Shown piece after piece: positions 1 through 10,195 of a stretch of 64,000 bases of DNA. Position 1 is the stretch's first letter. The number at the start of each line of letters is the position of its first letter. The notes under the pieces are model-generated. The model worked only from the letters and a program-made list of their open reading frames with translations. It was not told the origin of the DNA and did not search any database. The position numbers and the translations under genes are program-made. This DNA comes from Candidatus Latescibacterota bacterium (GTDB lineage: Bacteria > Latescibacterota > UBA2968 > UBA8231): the NCBI GenBank assembly GCA_965203355.1, contig OZ241889.1, forward strand, positions 1,824,001-1,888,000, in the 5' to 3' direction.

Positions 1-1
1 G

Positions 2-262
2 CACGATCCAATAACCCGCCGAGTGAAACAGGCTCTCGTCCAAGCCCTTGGGCTCGACGTCAATCCAGACGAAATAGACGACAACGAGCCGCTGTTCGGA
101 GAGGGCTTGGGGGCCGATTCCATCGCCTCGTTGGAAATCGTCTTTGCCCTGGAAGAAGAGTTTGGCTTTGAGGTGGAGGACGAAGATTTGCAGGTAGAAC
201 TGTTCGATTCAGTGCGGACGCTGAGCCAGTATGTCGCTGGAAAGACAGTGGTTCGTGGTTAG
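2..262 (+). CDS. Acyl/aminoacyl carrier protein (probably 5'-truncated by the window edge)
   Basis: Small acidic protein with GLGADSIASLE phosphopantetheine-Ser motif and EEEFG; the frame is open back to position 2 (HDPITRRVKQ...). Confidence 0.9.
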   Translation, partial: HDPITRRVKQALVQALGLDVNPDEIDDNEPLFGEGLGADSIASLEIVFALEEEFGFEVEDEDLQVELFDSVRTLSQYVAGKTVVRG

Positions 263-320
263 CTTCCTCACCTTTGGTCCCTGAAGCCTGTCGAAGGGGG
301 CAATATCCGCTGGAGCAACT

Positions 321-986
321 ATGCCACCGAAGCATTCAGTCATCGTCGGTCTCGCGCCCCATTGCAACAACGCTGGCATCGCCTCTTGTTGCGACCCGAC
401 GGCCTATGGACTCGATGGGATGGGCACAATCTTTTGCGCTGACCATCTTCCGGCCTTGGGAACAACGGTCGTTTGTAATGGAACGCGGTTTGTCTTGCCC
501 GATAAAAGCGACGGGACGCCCGACAATATCGCCTGCGAGGGGCAAGACATGCCGCTGCCGGTAGGGCGTTATCGCGCCCTGCACGTTCTTGGGATGTGCG
601 ACTGGCGCGCCTTTGAAGAGCCACTGCGGCTGATGGCAACTGATGGCACCGGCACGGAAACGAGCCTCGGACTCAGCGACGCCTCGCACTACCAAGGGCT
701 ACACTACGGTGAACGCGAGGCCCTAACGTGCCCGTTGGTCACCCCTGATAGCCTCATTCCCCACGTATTCCTCTTTGGCATCACCCCACCGGGCGCGGAC
801 GCAGACTATGAGATGACACAGACGCAGATTGAGGCTGGGATTTGGCATCAGGTGATTTCCGTGGAACCATCCCGACCGCTTGCGGGACTCGTACTGCCAG
901 ACAATCCGTCCATGCACCTATTCGCCTTGACCTTGGAAGTACTCGCGGAACGCAGTGCTCTTGCCCGCGAAAGCCACTCCACTTGA
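321..986 (+). CDS. Hypothetical beta-sandwich protein (NNxGI..DGxG..LP..DNIACEGQ..LP.G.Y..LHVLG type domain)
   Basis: 221-aa ORF between the ACP and BtrH-like genes; motif string resembles accessory jelly-roll domains of some glycoside hydrolases; function unknown. Confidence 0.55.
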   Translation: MPPKHSVIVGLAPHCNNAGIASCCDPTAYGLDGMGTIFCADHLPALGTTVVCNGTRFVLPDKSDGTPDNIACEGQDMPLPVGRYRALHVLGMCDWRAFEEPLRLMATDGTGTETSLGLSDASHYQGLHYGEREALTCPLVTPDSLIPHVFLFGITPPGADADYEMTQTQIEAGIWHQVISVEPSRPLAGLVLPDNPSMHLFALTLEVLAERSALARESHST

Positions 987-1018
987 AGGCGCAACGCTCT
1001 CGTTCTCAGAGGCTTGCT

Positions 1019-2020
1019 ATGAAAAAACACATTGAAGGCGTTCCCTTTTGCACCTATCGACACTACAACTGCGTCTATGTGGTGTTGGATAGCCTGTTGC
1101 GCTTCTACGAATGCGAACCCTCGGTGCCCTGTTTTGCCCAGTGGGATTTTATCTATTGCCGAGAGCAAGGCGAGCGGTTCACTATGCAGGGACGGATCGT
1201 GCCCCTGCCCGAGACGCTCAAAGCCTTTGGCATTGCGCTGTTCAATCGCAGCGCGCATGATGGGCAAAGCGCGTGGGATAAAGTGAAAAAGCGAATAGAT
1301 GCAGATATTCCGGTGGCCATCAGCTTAGACGTATTTCCGCTGGCTCAAGCCGGTTTCTTTCCGCGTCTGCGCCATGCAGACCATCAGTATATCGCCGCCG
1401 GGTACGACGACGGGGCCGCTACTGTCCACGTAGTCGATCCTTCGCCGTGGCAGCCTTCGGCGCGGAGTATCCCGCTCGAATTATTCCTCGCCAGTTGGGA
1501 TATGAGCGCGATTGTTGGGGAGGACGAGGACCGATACAACTGGTTTTGGCTAGAGGTGCCGAGGCGAGGGCTGGTCCTGCGAGCGGAAGCCGCGCGCACC
1601 CTCCTGCAGCGCAACCTGCGCAGCATGTCCGCGTCCAGCGACCAAGCGAATCTCGCCGTGGGATTGAAGGGCGTCGAGCAACTCGCCGAGGATAGCGGGG
1701 CTTGGGCCGAGTACGAAGAGCCGTTTCTCAAAGAACGCCTAAGACGGTGCGCCGAGTTGCTCTTGGAAGTTGCCTTGCTCCGCGAAGGACATGGGCGCTT
1801 TCTTCGCCATGTCGCTGAGGTTTGCCAACAGCCGCGTCTCAAGGAGCTCAGCCGAGAACTTGAGTCCATTTCTCAAGGCTGGTTTGTGGTGAAGAATTTG
1901 TGCTTCAAAGGAACAGTCAGGGACGCGAAAAATGTGCTGCCGCGCATCCAGTCTCGGCTTTGTGCCCTCGCAAAACAGGAACGGAATGCCTTGGCAACCT
2001 TGGCGGAAATCGTCGGTTGA
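1019..2020 (+). CDS. BtrH N-terminal domain / papain-like (C39-related) acyltransferase
   Basis: Start re-placed at ATG 1019 (MKKHIEG). HYNC nucleophile region, PVAISLDVFPL and HQYIAAGYDD...VHVVDP His/Asp motifs; helical C-terminal half; adjacent to an ACP. Confidence 0.75.
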   Translation: MKKHIEGVPFCTYRHYNCVYVVLDSLLRFYECEPSVPCFAQWDFIYCREQGERFTMQGRIVPLPETLKAFGIALFNRSAHDGQSAWDKVKKRIDADIPVAISLDVFPLAQAGFFPRLRHADHQYIAAGYDDGAATVHVVDPSPWQPSARSIPLELFLASWDMSAIVGEDEDRYNWFWLEVPRRGLVLRAEAARTLLQRNLRSMSASSDQANLAVGLKGVEQLAEDSGAWAEYEEPFLKERLRRCAELLLEVALLREGHGRFLRHVAEVCQQPRLKELSRELESISQGWFVVKNLCFKGTVRDAKNVLPRIQSRLCALAKQERNALATLAEIVG

Positions 2021-2105
2021 CGGCCTTCGCCTCTGCAGACGTTTACTGATCTAAAACGCTTATCAAGTGGGTTAGAAAGTCTACGAGATACTGAAAGCCC
2101 TAGCT

Positions 2106-3287
2106 ATGTGGTCAATCGCCAGATTTCTACTCCCGATTCTTATACTCTTGCTCGTCGCAGGGGTATTTGTACTATCACAGGACGTTTTTCATTTTGTCTC
2201 AGAAGGCGTCAGTGAGGATATGGGGAGAGCCGACGTCCAAGAAACAGTAGCCTTCAGGCCACTTGAAACCCCCGTAGAGGTGATACGATTAAAAAAACAA
2301 TCGCTAGTGGAGAGCATTTCGACCAATGGTCGGACTAAAGCCTTACTCAAAACAAAAATCACATCTCAAGTGTCAGGAAGCGTTACCGAATTGAGGGTGG
2401 GAGAAGGCGAATTTGTTAAAAAAGATTCGGTGCTCTTAGAAATCGAAGACGAATCCTTCAGAATTGCTTATCTGCAAGCAAAAGACAGGTTGAATAACCT
2501 CCTCAATGAATACGCTCTCATGATATTGCTGAACAGGCAAACAGTATCAGACCGAATCGATATAAGCACCAGTACTAACATAGATACATCAAATATAAAC
2601 GATAGAGAATCAGCGGCTCTGCTGTCGGTACATTCTCGTAAAGAGCGGATTGCCAGCATGATAGGGTTGACGAAAGCTAGGCTGGATCTGAGAAAGGCAG
2701 AGTTGGATCTTGAAAATACCATGGTTCGTGCCCCCTTTGACGGCTTTGTCTCCGGCGTAGCAACATCACAGGGCAGTATAGTTCACCAGACAGATCAACT
2801 GATGTGGTTGGTTTCTCTAGATAGTTTGGTCGTTGAGGTAGGCATCTTGGAAACCGAGCTACGGTTGATTCGCAAAGGTACCGAAGCCGAGATAGAATTA
2901 GCCGCTTTTCCGGGCGAACAGATCAAGGGGACAGTCAGGGCGATAAGTCCAATTATAGAAGAAAAGAGTGGTACTTGTAATATCCAGGTAGAGATTGCCA
3001 ACCCAACCCGGGAAATCCGCCCCGGTATGTTTGCTCGTGTAACTGTTAGCCACGGAGAATTTCGTAGTCGCCTTCTGATTCCCCGAGACGCTCTTTTACT
3101 TCGAGATGATAGAAAGGTCGCATTCGTATATGAACAGGGAGTAGCACGTTGGCGCTATATCAAGACTGGTCTAGAGAACGATCTCTTTATCGAAGTCACT
3201 GAGGGCTTGAGCGAAGGAGAAGATTTGATCGTGTCTGGGCACTTCAATCTTGCTCACGAAGCCAAAGTCTTGTTGGTGGAGAAATGA
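2106..3287 (+). CDS. RND efflux periplasmic adaptor (membrane fusion protein)
   Basis: N-terminal TM, lipoyl halves (SQVSGSV..V.EGEFVKK; VRAPFDGFV), coiled hairpin, IRPGMFARV, GLSEGEDLIVSG. Confidence 0.95.
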   Translation: MWSIARFLLPILILLLVAGVFVLSQDVFHFVSEGVSEDMGRADVQETVAFRPLETPVEVIRLKKQSLVESISTNGRTKALLKTKITSQVSGSVTELRVGEGEFVKKDSVLLEIEDESFRIAYLQAKDRLNNLLNEYALMILLNRQTVSDRIDISTSTNIDTSNINDRESAALLSVHSRKERIASMIGLTKARLDLRKAELDLENTMVRAPFDGFVSGVATSQGSIVHQTDQLMWLVSLDSLVVEVGILETELRLIRKGTEAEIELAAFPGEQIKGTVRAISPIIEEKSGTCNIQVEIANPTREIRPGMFARVTVSHGEFRSRLLIPRDALLLRDDRKVAFVYEQGVARWRYIKTGLENDLFIEVTEGLSEGEDLIVSGHFNLAHEAKVLLVEK

Positions 3288-3333
3288 AGACGGAAAGTCT
3301 TTTTCCGCTTTATTGAATGAACGAATAAGCGGG

Positions 3334-6300
3334 ATGCATATAACTGAAGTTGCAGTTCAGCGGCCCGTAGCCACTACGGTGTTCTTTATAGCAATGGTCA
3401 TGCTGGGAGTGTATTCTTTCCATCGGCTGAGCGTCGATTTCTTGCCCAGTATCAGCGTACCCAACCTACTAGTCAGAACCGAATGTCCTGGACTAAACGC
3501 ACAAGATATAGAGAAAAATGTCACCGAATGGATCGAGTCTGCGTTGAGTACAGTACAGGATGTGAATCGCATAGAATCGGTTTCGCGTGATGGCCTCTCG
3601 CTCATCCACGTCGATTTTGGCTGGGGCAGTAATATGAACATAGCGTTTATCAATGTGCGAAACAGACTGGATAGAATACAGGAGAACTTACCTGAATTCG
3701 TCGAGCGCTCAGTCATATTGAGCTTTGATCCATCCTCAACACCTATTATGACTTTGGTGGTTACGGGTGATCGCGTAGAAAATCCCACAACGGCCAAAAG
3801 CTACGAGAATGCCTTAGCAGAGCTAAAAGAGGTTTCTGAAACAGTCATTAAACGCCGTCTGGAACAATTGGATGGAGTGGCTTATGCTCTGGTATCGGGG
3901 GGGTTAGAGCGAGAAATTCAGGTGATTTTAGATTCGGAGAAAATGCTAACTTACCAGATCGGTTTCGCTGAGGTGGAGCAGGCCTTGAAACAGTTCAATG
4001 TGCAGTCGCTAGGCGGTACCATCCGCGACAGGCACTACCAATTCCCTCTCCGCATTGAAGCCTCATATAATAAGGTGGACGAGATCTACAAGACGCCTAT
4101 CCGGTCCACGCTACGGGAACAGACTATTCGCTTGCAAGACATTGCCCGTATAGAGGATTCCTACAAAAAACGGACTGGTTATGTTCGCTTGAACGGCAAA
4201 GAAGTGATAACTTTGTTTCTATTTAAGGAAGCTGGTGCTAATACGGTTAAAACCTCAAAAAAAATATATGAAGATCTTTATAGATTGGCCGAAGAGTACC
4301 CCGAATTTCAGGTCACAGTGGCTTTTGATCAGGCGGAGTTCATCCAAGAATCCATAGTTAACGTATTACATGCTTTATACTTGGGGAGTATAGTCACATT
4401 TTTTGTGCTTTTCTTTTTTCTACAAGACTTGCGGAGTCTTGTCATTGTGGGGCTTGCTATCCCGATCTCCATTGTGACCACCTTGGTTTTCATGTACTTC
4501 TTGTCCATCAATCTCAATATAATCTCTTTGGGTGGCTTGGCATTGGGCATCGGTATATTAGTAGACAATTCCATCGTAGTGCTAGAGAATATCTATCGCT
4601 ACAGAGAAATAGGGTATCCTACTCGTCGAGCTGCGGTTGAAGGAGCCAAAGAGGTAAGTATGGCGATTACGGCCTCGACCCTTACCACCTTATCTGTCTT
4701 TATACCGTTAGTCTATGTTAAGGGTTTAGCAGGAGAACTTTTTTATAATCAATCTATTGTAATTGCGATCTCTCTAGCCGTTTCGCTCCTCGTATCTCTT
4801 ACTTTTCTACCTGTGCTAGTCATACAGATCTCCCGTTCATCTGCCAATCCTTTTACCTATTGGTCTATGCGATCTTATCTTCCCTTGCCCCTTCGTTTGC
4901 AAGGAAGGAGCTTGCCAAGTAAAGTCGGTACACTAATAGGATGGGTGCTAGAAAATGCGGTTTATACTGCAATCTATGGACTGTACAAGGGTGCTCTGAT
5001 CTACTTTTTTCGTTTGGTAGAGGTACTTATCGCGTCCTTTCAACGGCTTTTTGCCGCCTTTTTCAGAACCTATGAACTCATCCTGTCGACTGTCTTACAG
5101 TACAAGGCGGTTTCGATTTTCACCGTCCTATTGGTGTTCTATGCTAGCCTGGAGATCATGCAACAATTAGATAAAGAATTGATGCCGCTGGTAGATAGAA
5201 AGAAACTAGTTGTGAGTGCGGAATTACCCATGGGAACAAATCTGCACAACACATCTCTGAAAGTTGCACATCTGGAGAGCAAACTGCTACAACAGCAAAA
5301 AATAAAGGCGGTTCTATCTTCGGTGGGGATTACCAGCGATGTTTTAGATCGCCGGTACCATCCAAGTTTGAACAAAGCGATCTTGGATATAGAAATAGTA
5401 CAAGAGGCTAATATCTTTGAAGTTTCCCATTCCCTGAAGGAGATATTCGCGGATTTCACCGATATAAAGTTGGAGATCAAGAGGCGGGAATCTGTTTTTG
5501 AACAACTATTCCAACAGCGACCGGACGTATTTGACATTGAATTGGTTGGGCCGGAATTGGAAGTTCTTGATTCTTTAAGTCGGCAAATCGTAGATTTTAT
5601 GAGACAATCAGATGGTTTTGAAAATGCGGTTTCTAATTTAAAAATAGCTGAACGAGAATACCGGCTAGAGATAAAACGGAGCGTCTTGATCCGCTATGGC
5701 ATAGAGATCTCGGAACTGGTCGCATTCCTCAAGCAGCGAATTAAGGGCAGTATACCTACCCAATTCATTGACTTCTCCGATAAGATCGACATACGACTTT
5801 TGGCCGACGACCGCACGGAGATAGAGCTATATGACTTGCTAAAGCTACAGTTTCCTGTTCAAAAAATCGACGAGACCTCCTATGTGCCCCTAACCGATCT
5901 GGTGACTCTGGAGCCCCAAGCTGGATTTGAGGCGATCCACCGCAGAGATCAAAATCGAACCGTCCTCATTACAGCTATCCTTAATGGACTCGACTTCTCT
6001 GAGGCGACAGCCCACCTTGAAAACTATTTGCGTACTATGCAGATACCCAGCGGATATTGGTTTGAGATCGGTACATTCAGAGGAAATACAAGAGCCGAAT
6101 TTGAAAATCTACTGCTCATCCTAGTGATTTCAATAGCTCTTATCTATTTCATTCTTTCAGCTCAGTTTGAGTCTATCAGAGTGCCTTTAATCATACTCAT
6201 GGCGATCCCGTTGTCGCTCGTTGGAGTTGTGTTCACTTTGTGGGTGAGCGGCAATACCCTGAATGTCATGTCGCTATTGGGTGGAATCGTGCTGGTGGGT

Positions 6301-6618
6301 ATTGTGGTAAACGATGCGATTGTAAAAGTGGACTTTATACATCGCCACTACGTGGAGAGCGGTGATGTGAAGGCCGCTATTGTAGAGGCTGGACGCAAAC
6401 GATTTCGGCCTATCTGGATGACTACAGCAACCACGGTGTGTGGGTTGCTACCCATGGCTTTGGCCATGGGTAGCGGAGACGAACTGAGACGTCCCCTTGC
6501 TTGGACCATCATAGGAGGACTGTCCGCAGCAACTTTTTTGACCTTGATCGTAATCCCCACTATTTATGCGGGCATGATAGGACCGGGGCGTCAACAGAGC
6601 AAAGTGAACAGTAACTAA
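3334..6618 (+). CDS. RND efflux permease (AcrB/AcrD/AcrF family)
   Basis: ATG 3334 (MHITEVAVQRPVAT). GILVDNSIVVLENI, GIVVNDAIVKVD, RFRPIWMTTATT, PLAWTIIGGL. Confidence 0.95.
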   Translation: MHITEVAVQRPVATTVFFIAMVMLGVYSFHRLSVDFLPSISVPNLLVRTECPGLNAQDIEKNVTEWIESALSTVQDVNRIESVSRDGLSLIHVDFGWGSNMNIAFINVRNRLDRIQENLPEFVERSVILSFDPSSTPIMTLVVTGDRVENPTTAKSYENALAELKEVSETVIKRRLEQLDGVAYALVSGGLEREIQVILDSEKMLTYQIGFAEVEQALKQFNVQSLGGTIRDRHYQFPLRIEASYNKVDEIYKTPIRSTLREQTIRLQDIARIEDSYKKRTGYVRLNGKEVITLFLFKEAGANTVKTSKKIYEDLYRLAEEYPEFQVTVAFDQAEFIQESIVNVLHALYLGSIVTFFVLFFFLQDLRSLVIVGLAIPISIVTTLVFMYFLSINLNIISLGGLALGIGILVDNSIVVLENIYRYREIGYPTRRAAVEGAKEVSMAITASTLTTLSVFIPLVYVKGLAGELFYNQSIVIAISLAVSLLVSLTFLPVLVIQISRSSANPFTYWSMRSYLPLPLRLQGRSLPSKVGTLIGWVLENAVYTAIYGLYKGALIYFFRLVEVLIASFQRLFAAFFRTYELILSTVLQYKAVSIFTVLLVFYASLEIMQQLDKELMPLVDRKKLVVSAELPMGTNLHNTSLKVAHLESKLLQQQKIKAVLSSVGITSDVLDRRYHPSLNKAILDIEIVQEANIFEVSHSLKEIFADFTDIKLEIKRRESVFEQLFQQRPDVFDIELVGPELEVLDSLSRQIVDFMRQSDGFENAVSNLKIAEREYRLEIKRSVLIRYGIEISELVAFLKQRIKGSIPTQFIDFSDKIDIRLLADDRTEIELYDLLKLQFPVQKIDETSYVPLTDLVTLEPQAGFEAIHRRDQNRTVLITAILNGLDFSEATAHLENYLRTMQIPSGYWFEIGTFRGNTRAEFENLLLILVISIALIYFILSAQFESIRVPLIILMAIPLSLVGVVFTLWVSGNTLNVMSLLGGIVLVGIVVNDAIVKVDFIHRHYVESGDVKAAIVEAGRKRFRPIWMTTATTVCGLLPMALAMGSGDELRRPLAWTIIGGLSAATFLTLIVIPTIYAGMIGPGRQQSKVNSN

Positions 6619-6630
6619 AGATGCTGAAGT

Positions 6631-9600
6631 ATGATAAACCAGCTATTGGTACGCCGGGTAGCAGTCGGAACTTTTTTTGGTGCTTTCTTAGTTTTGGGCT
6701 TGGTCTGTTTCTCGCTGATCCCGGTCGAACTATCCCCCCGCATTGAGCTACCGCAACTCACGGTCTCTGTATCCTGGCCTCGAACTTCGGCCCTCACTAT
6801 AGAAGCCCAGATTACTGCTCCTTTAGAAGCTGAGTTACAAGGCTTGCAAGGAGTAGTTGATATCTATTCAACGACAGGCGAGGGATGGTGCTGGCTGACC
6901 GCAGAGTTAGCCGAAGATGCGGATACGCAATTGGCCGAGTTGAGATTCAGAGAAAAGATCTATCACTTGCGTAAACAATGGCCCAAGGAAGTCTCTTGGC
7001 CCACTATTCAGCGTACTGTCCCCCAAGAGCTGCGCCAGCTAGAAGACTTTATGAGTTTTGTGCTAGTTGGAGATCGTTCTGTGGCTGAGTTGCGAAAATT
7101 TGCCGAAGACGAGCTGTATGCCTCTCTCTCATCGGTCCGTGGTGTAAAGACAGTAGAAATACGGGGCGGGGAAGAACAATTTGTCGAAATCGAAATAGAT
7201 CCGCAGGCCGTTGCGAGTTTGGCAATATCGAGGTCTATCCTCGGAAGTCCAAAATGGAGTAGCTATCAGCGACACTTGCTAGGTGGCGTATGGGAACACG
7301 GTGTCTTGCGACGTCTGCGGCTGGATGCAGGTTTCAGTGAATTTGCAGAGATACGAAAAATCCCCATTACCCAAACCTTGAATGGCCGTATTGTTCGGCT
7401 GGAAGATATAGCAACCGTCAATCTCCGCGCTAGGGAGCCTCAGCGTATTGTACGCGTGAACGGGAGAAACGTGGTTGCGCTATCTCTGTCTAAAGAGTAT
7501 GGAGTAGATTTACTCGAAACGGCTCAGCAGGTAGATAGGATGGTGGCACTACTCAAAAAAGGTATGCCCAAGGAAATAGAGATTGTCAAGGATCACGATA
7601 GTAGTCGGGATCTTCAAGAGCAAGTTCAGCATATAACCAAACGTATGTTATTTGCCATTTTATTTATTGTCTTGGTTTTGATGGTGGTTTTCAAAAGTAT
7701 CCAAGCTGTCTTTATCATTCTGAGCTCTATTGCCTTCTCGATTCTAGGAGCAACAACCTTATTTTATCTCTTAGGCTATTCGCTGAATATACTTATCTTG
7801 GCCGGTTTTACGGTGGGCTTTGGGATTTTGGTGGATAATGCCGTGGTGGTGTACGATCATATCCATCGCCGCATAACGCAGCTTGACTTAGAGAATGTAA
7901 ATTGTCCTGTGGTTTTAAAAGAGGCTACCATAGGCGCAGTACGAGAGATGGTACAACCACTTATAGCATCTAACCTAACCACCTTGGGAGCCTTTTTGCC
8001 AGTCTTCTTTCTCTCTTCAGAGCTACAACTGTACTTCAAATCTTTTGTCGTCTCGCTAGGTTCAACCCTATGCGTTTCTCTATTCATTTCTTTTACACTC
8101 ATTCCCACTTTTTCGTATCGTGTACGGGCTTACCGAGGCAGAGAATTCATCTGGAAATTTTCAAGGCCTCACGAGCAGAAGGATAGCGGGCAAGGATGTC
8201 GAGAGACTTCGTATGGCTTTAGCCATCTATTAAAGCGAATATATGGTGGTTTGCTTTCATTCTGTACGAATCATAAAAAATGGGTCTTCGCTGCACTGTT
8301 ATGGATGATAGGAGTACCTCTCTGGTTGTTACCCACAGATATAAGTATTCAGACGGAACCTATAATCCGAAAAGAAAAAAACCTTATAAAAACTCGTGCA
8401 GCCTACAATGCCTTTATCGAAAAAAATCAGCATAAAGTAGAATCAGATACATTACCCTGGGTTACAGAAATAATAGAAAAAGCAACCTTTCTTTTATCTG
8501 CTGGATTACCGTTTTTGCAGGATCCATACAATGCCATATGGAATAATAGATTCTTTGTCTTTGCCAAGCCTTGGCTGATTAAGTTGATGGGTGGATCCAC
8601 ATATCTCTTTTTCAATAAAGTGCATGTTGGCGACTGGGAAGGTTACGATTACCCATTCACTGAAGAAACTTCAATTATTATTGACATAGAGATGCCCAAT
8701 AGCATATACATTAAAAGAATAGATCAAATATGTCTAGATTTTGAAAGAAAAATCCTACCATATGAAGAGTTTATAGAAAAAATAAGTACCCAGATGGACA
8801 AGGAGAGAGCACATATTCGAATTGATTTTAAGGAAAAATACAAGAATGATCCTGTTTCTATCCAACTGTACAGATACTTAGTTTCATACGGGAGAAACAT
8901 TGGAGGAGTTACTCTTAAGATAATGGGGAAAGGGCTACCATTTAAGGATATTTTAGAAGGTAATTATACGAACTCATCTATTAAAGTGAAGGGATTTAAC
9001 TTTGACAGAGTTCACGCCATTGCCAAGGAGATAGCACAAAGGCTTGCAGGTTATAAAAGAGTGAAGAATATAGATAGTGACCGCGCCACTCGATGGGAGA
9101 CTAACCAGTACGAGGTAGTCGCTCAGGTGGAACGCGATCCACTGGTGGCTTATAGAATAAGCCATGGGCGAGTCGTGCGAGAAATACAGGCTAGGATTGG
9201 CAACACATCCTCTAGTACAGTTCAAGTTGATGGAAGGTTTATACCTGCCTTCGTGATATTTTCGGGTGCTGATCGCATGACTGTCAGGGAGCTGAATCGA
9301 GTATTGATGCAGAGTGAGGAGCAAGCGCAGACAACTCGGATTGGATATCTCACCCGCATTGACAAGCAAAGAGTTTTACCCAAAATAAGACGAGAAAATC
9401 AGAGTTATGTCCGGTTGGTCAATTACTCCTTCTTAGGCCCTATTTCCTATGGAGATAATTTGCAAAAAAAGATCATAGAAGAAACGGTTCTTCCTTACGG
9501 GTATAGTCTAATACCAGATAAGCCTTGGTACAGCGATCTCTACAAGAGCGAAAAGAAAGAGTTAATGTGGGCTATTTTGTTAGGAGTGGTACTGGTTTGG

Positions 9601-10050
9601 ATGATTACAGCCGCTCTATTCGAGTCGTGGACCAAGCCATTTTTAGTACTGCTGGCTCTACCTTTGGCTATGATAGGGGCGTCTTGTGGCTTTTATCTTT
9701 TTGATGCCTATTTCAATAAAGGTGGATATGCTGCGATTCTCTTTTTAATAGGTATTGGAGTGAATAATTCGATTCTATTAGTAGATCATATTAGTAACTC
9801 CTTGAAATCGCAGACGGGAAGTAGGAAGGAAATTATTGTCAATGCTGCTTTTCGGAGAATTCGTCCCATTTTCATCACTACTGCTACTACTTTTGTTGGC
9901 CTGTTCCCTCTGTTATTATACGAGGATCGCTTAAGCCTTTGGTATTCTCTGTCTATAGGTGCTTGTGGTGGCTTGATATCTTCCTTTTTATTGACTCTGA
10001 TAATTGTACCGTTTTGTTTTCTTCTCGGAGAAAAAGCCTCTGCACCCTAA
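6631..10050 (+). CDS. Second RND efflux permease (AcrB/AcrD/AcrF family)
   Basis: GILVDNAVVVYD, GIGVNNSILLVD, RIRPIFITTATT; large insertion after TM6/7. Confidence 0.93.
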   Translation: MINQLLVRRVAVGTFFGAFLVLGLVCFSLIPVELSPRIELPQLTVSVSWPRTSALTIEAQITAPLEAELQGLQGVVDIYSTTGEGWCWLTAELAEDADTQLAELRFREKIYHLRKQWPKEVSWPTIQRTVPQELRQLEDFMSFVLVGDRSVAELRKFAEDELYASLSSVRGVKTVEIRGGEEQFVEIEIDPQAVASLAISRSILGSPKWSSYQRHLLGGVWEHGVLRRLRLDAGFSEFAEIRKIPITQTLNGRIVRLEDIATVNLRAREPQRIVRVNGRNVVALSLSKEYGVDLLETAQQVDRMVALLKKGMPKEIEIVKDHDSSRDLQEQVQHITKRMLFAILFIVLVLMVVFKSIQAVFIILSSIAFSILGATTLFYLLGYSLNILILAGFTVGFGILVDNAVVVYDHIHRRITQLDLENVNCPVVLKEATIGAVREMVQPLIASNLTTLGAFLPVFFLSSELQLYFKSFVVSLGSTLCVSLFISFTLIPTFSYRVRAYRGREFIWKFSRPHEQKDSGQGCRETSYGFSHLLKRIYGGLLSFCTNHKKWVFAALLWMIGVPLWLLPTDISIQTEPIIRKEKNLIKTRAAYNAFIEKNQHKVESDTLPWVTEIIEKATFLLSAGLPFLQDPYNAIWNNRFFVFAKPWLIKLMGGSTYLFFNKVHVGDWEGYDYPFTEETSIIIDIEMPNSIYIKRIDQICLDFERKILPYEEFIEKISTQMDKERAHIRIDFKEKYKNDPVSIQLYRYLVSYGRNIGGVTLKIMGKGLPFKDILEGNYTNSSIKVKGFNFDRVHAIAKEIAQRLAGYKRVKNIDSDRATRWETNQYEVVAQVERDPLVAYRISHGRVVREIQARIGNTSSSTVQVDGRFIPAFVIFSGADRMTVRELNRVLMQSEEQAQTTRIGYLTRIDKQRVLPKIRRENQSYVRLVNYSFLGPISYGDNLQKKIIEETVLPYGYSLIPDKPWYSDLYKSEKKELMWAILLGVVLVWMITAALFESWTKPFLVLLALPLAMIGASCGFYLFDAYFNKGGYAAILFLIGIGVNNSILLVDHISNSLKSQTGSRKEIIVNAAFRRIRPIFITTATTFVGLFPLLLYEDRLSLWYSLSIGACGGLISSFLLTLIIVPFCFLLGEKASAP

Positions 10051-10195
10051 AGGGGTTCTGGTACGGATTGACGGCATAGCTACCGTGCCGCCAGCCGAGC
10101 ACGGCCTCCGCATCCCTGGCTCATACAAACAACTCTTTGGAGTAGGGGTTTGTCTATGATCACGCAAGCGATGGCTAGCTCGCGTAAAACCGCGG

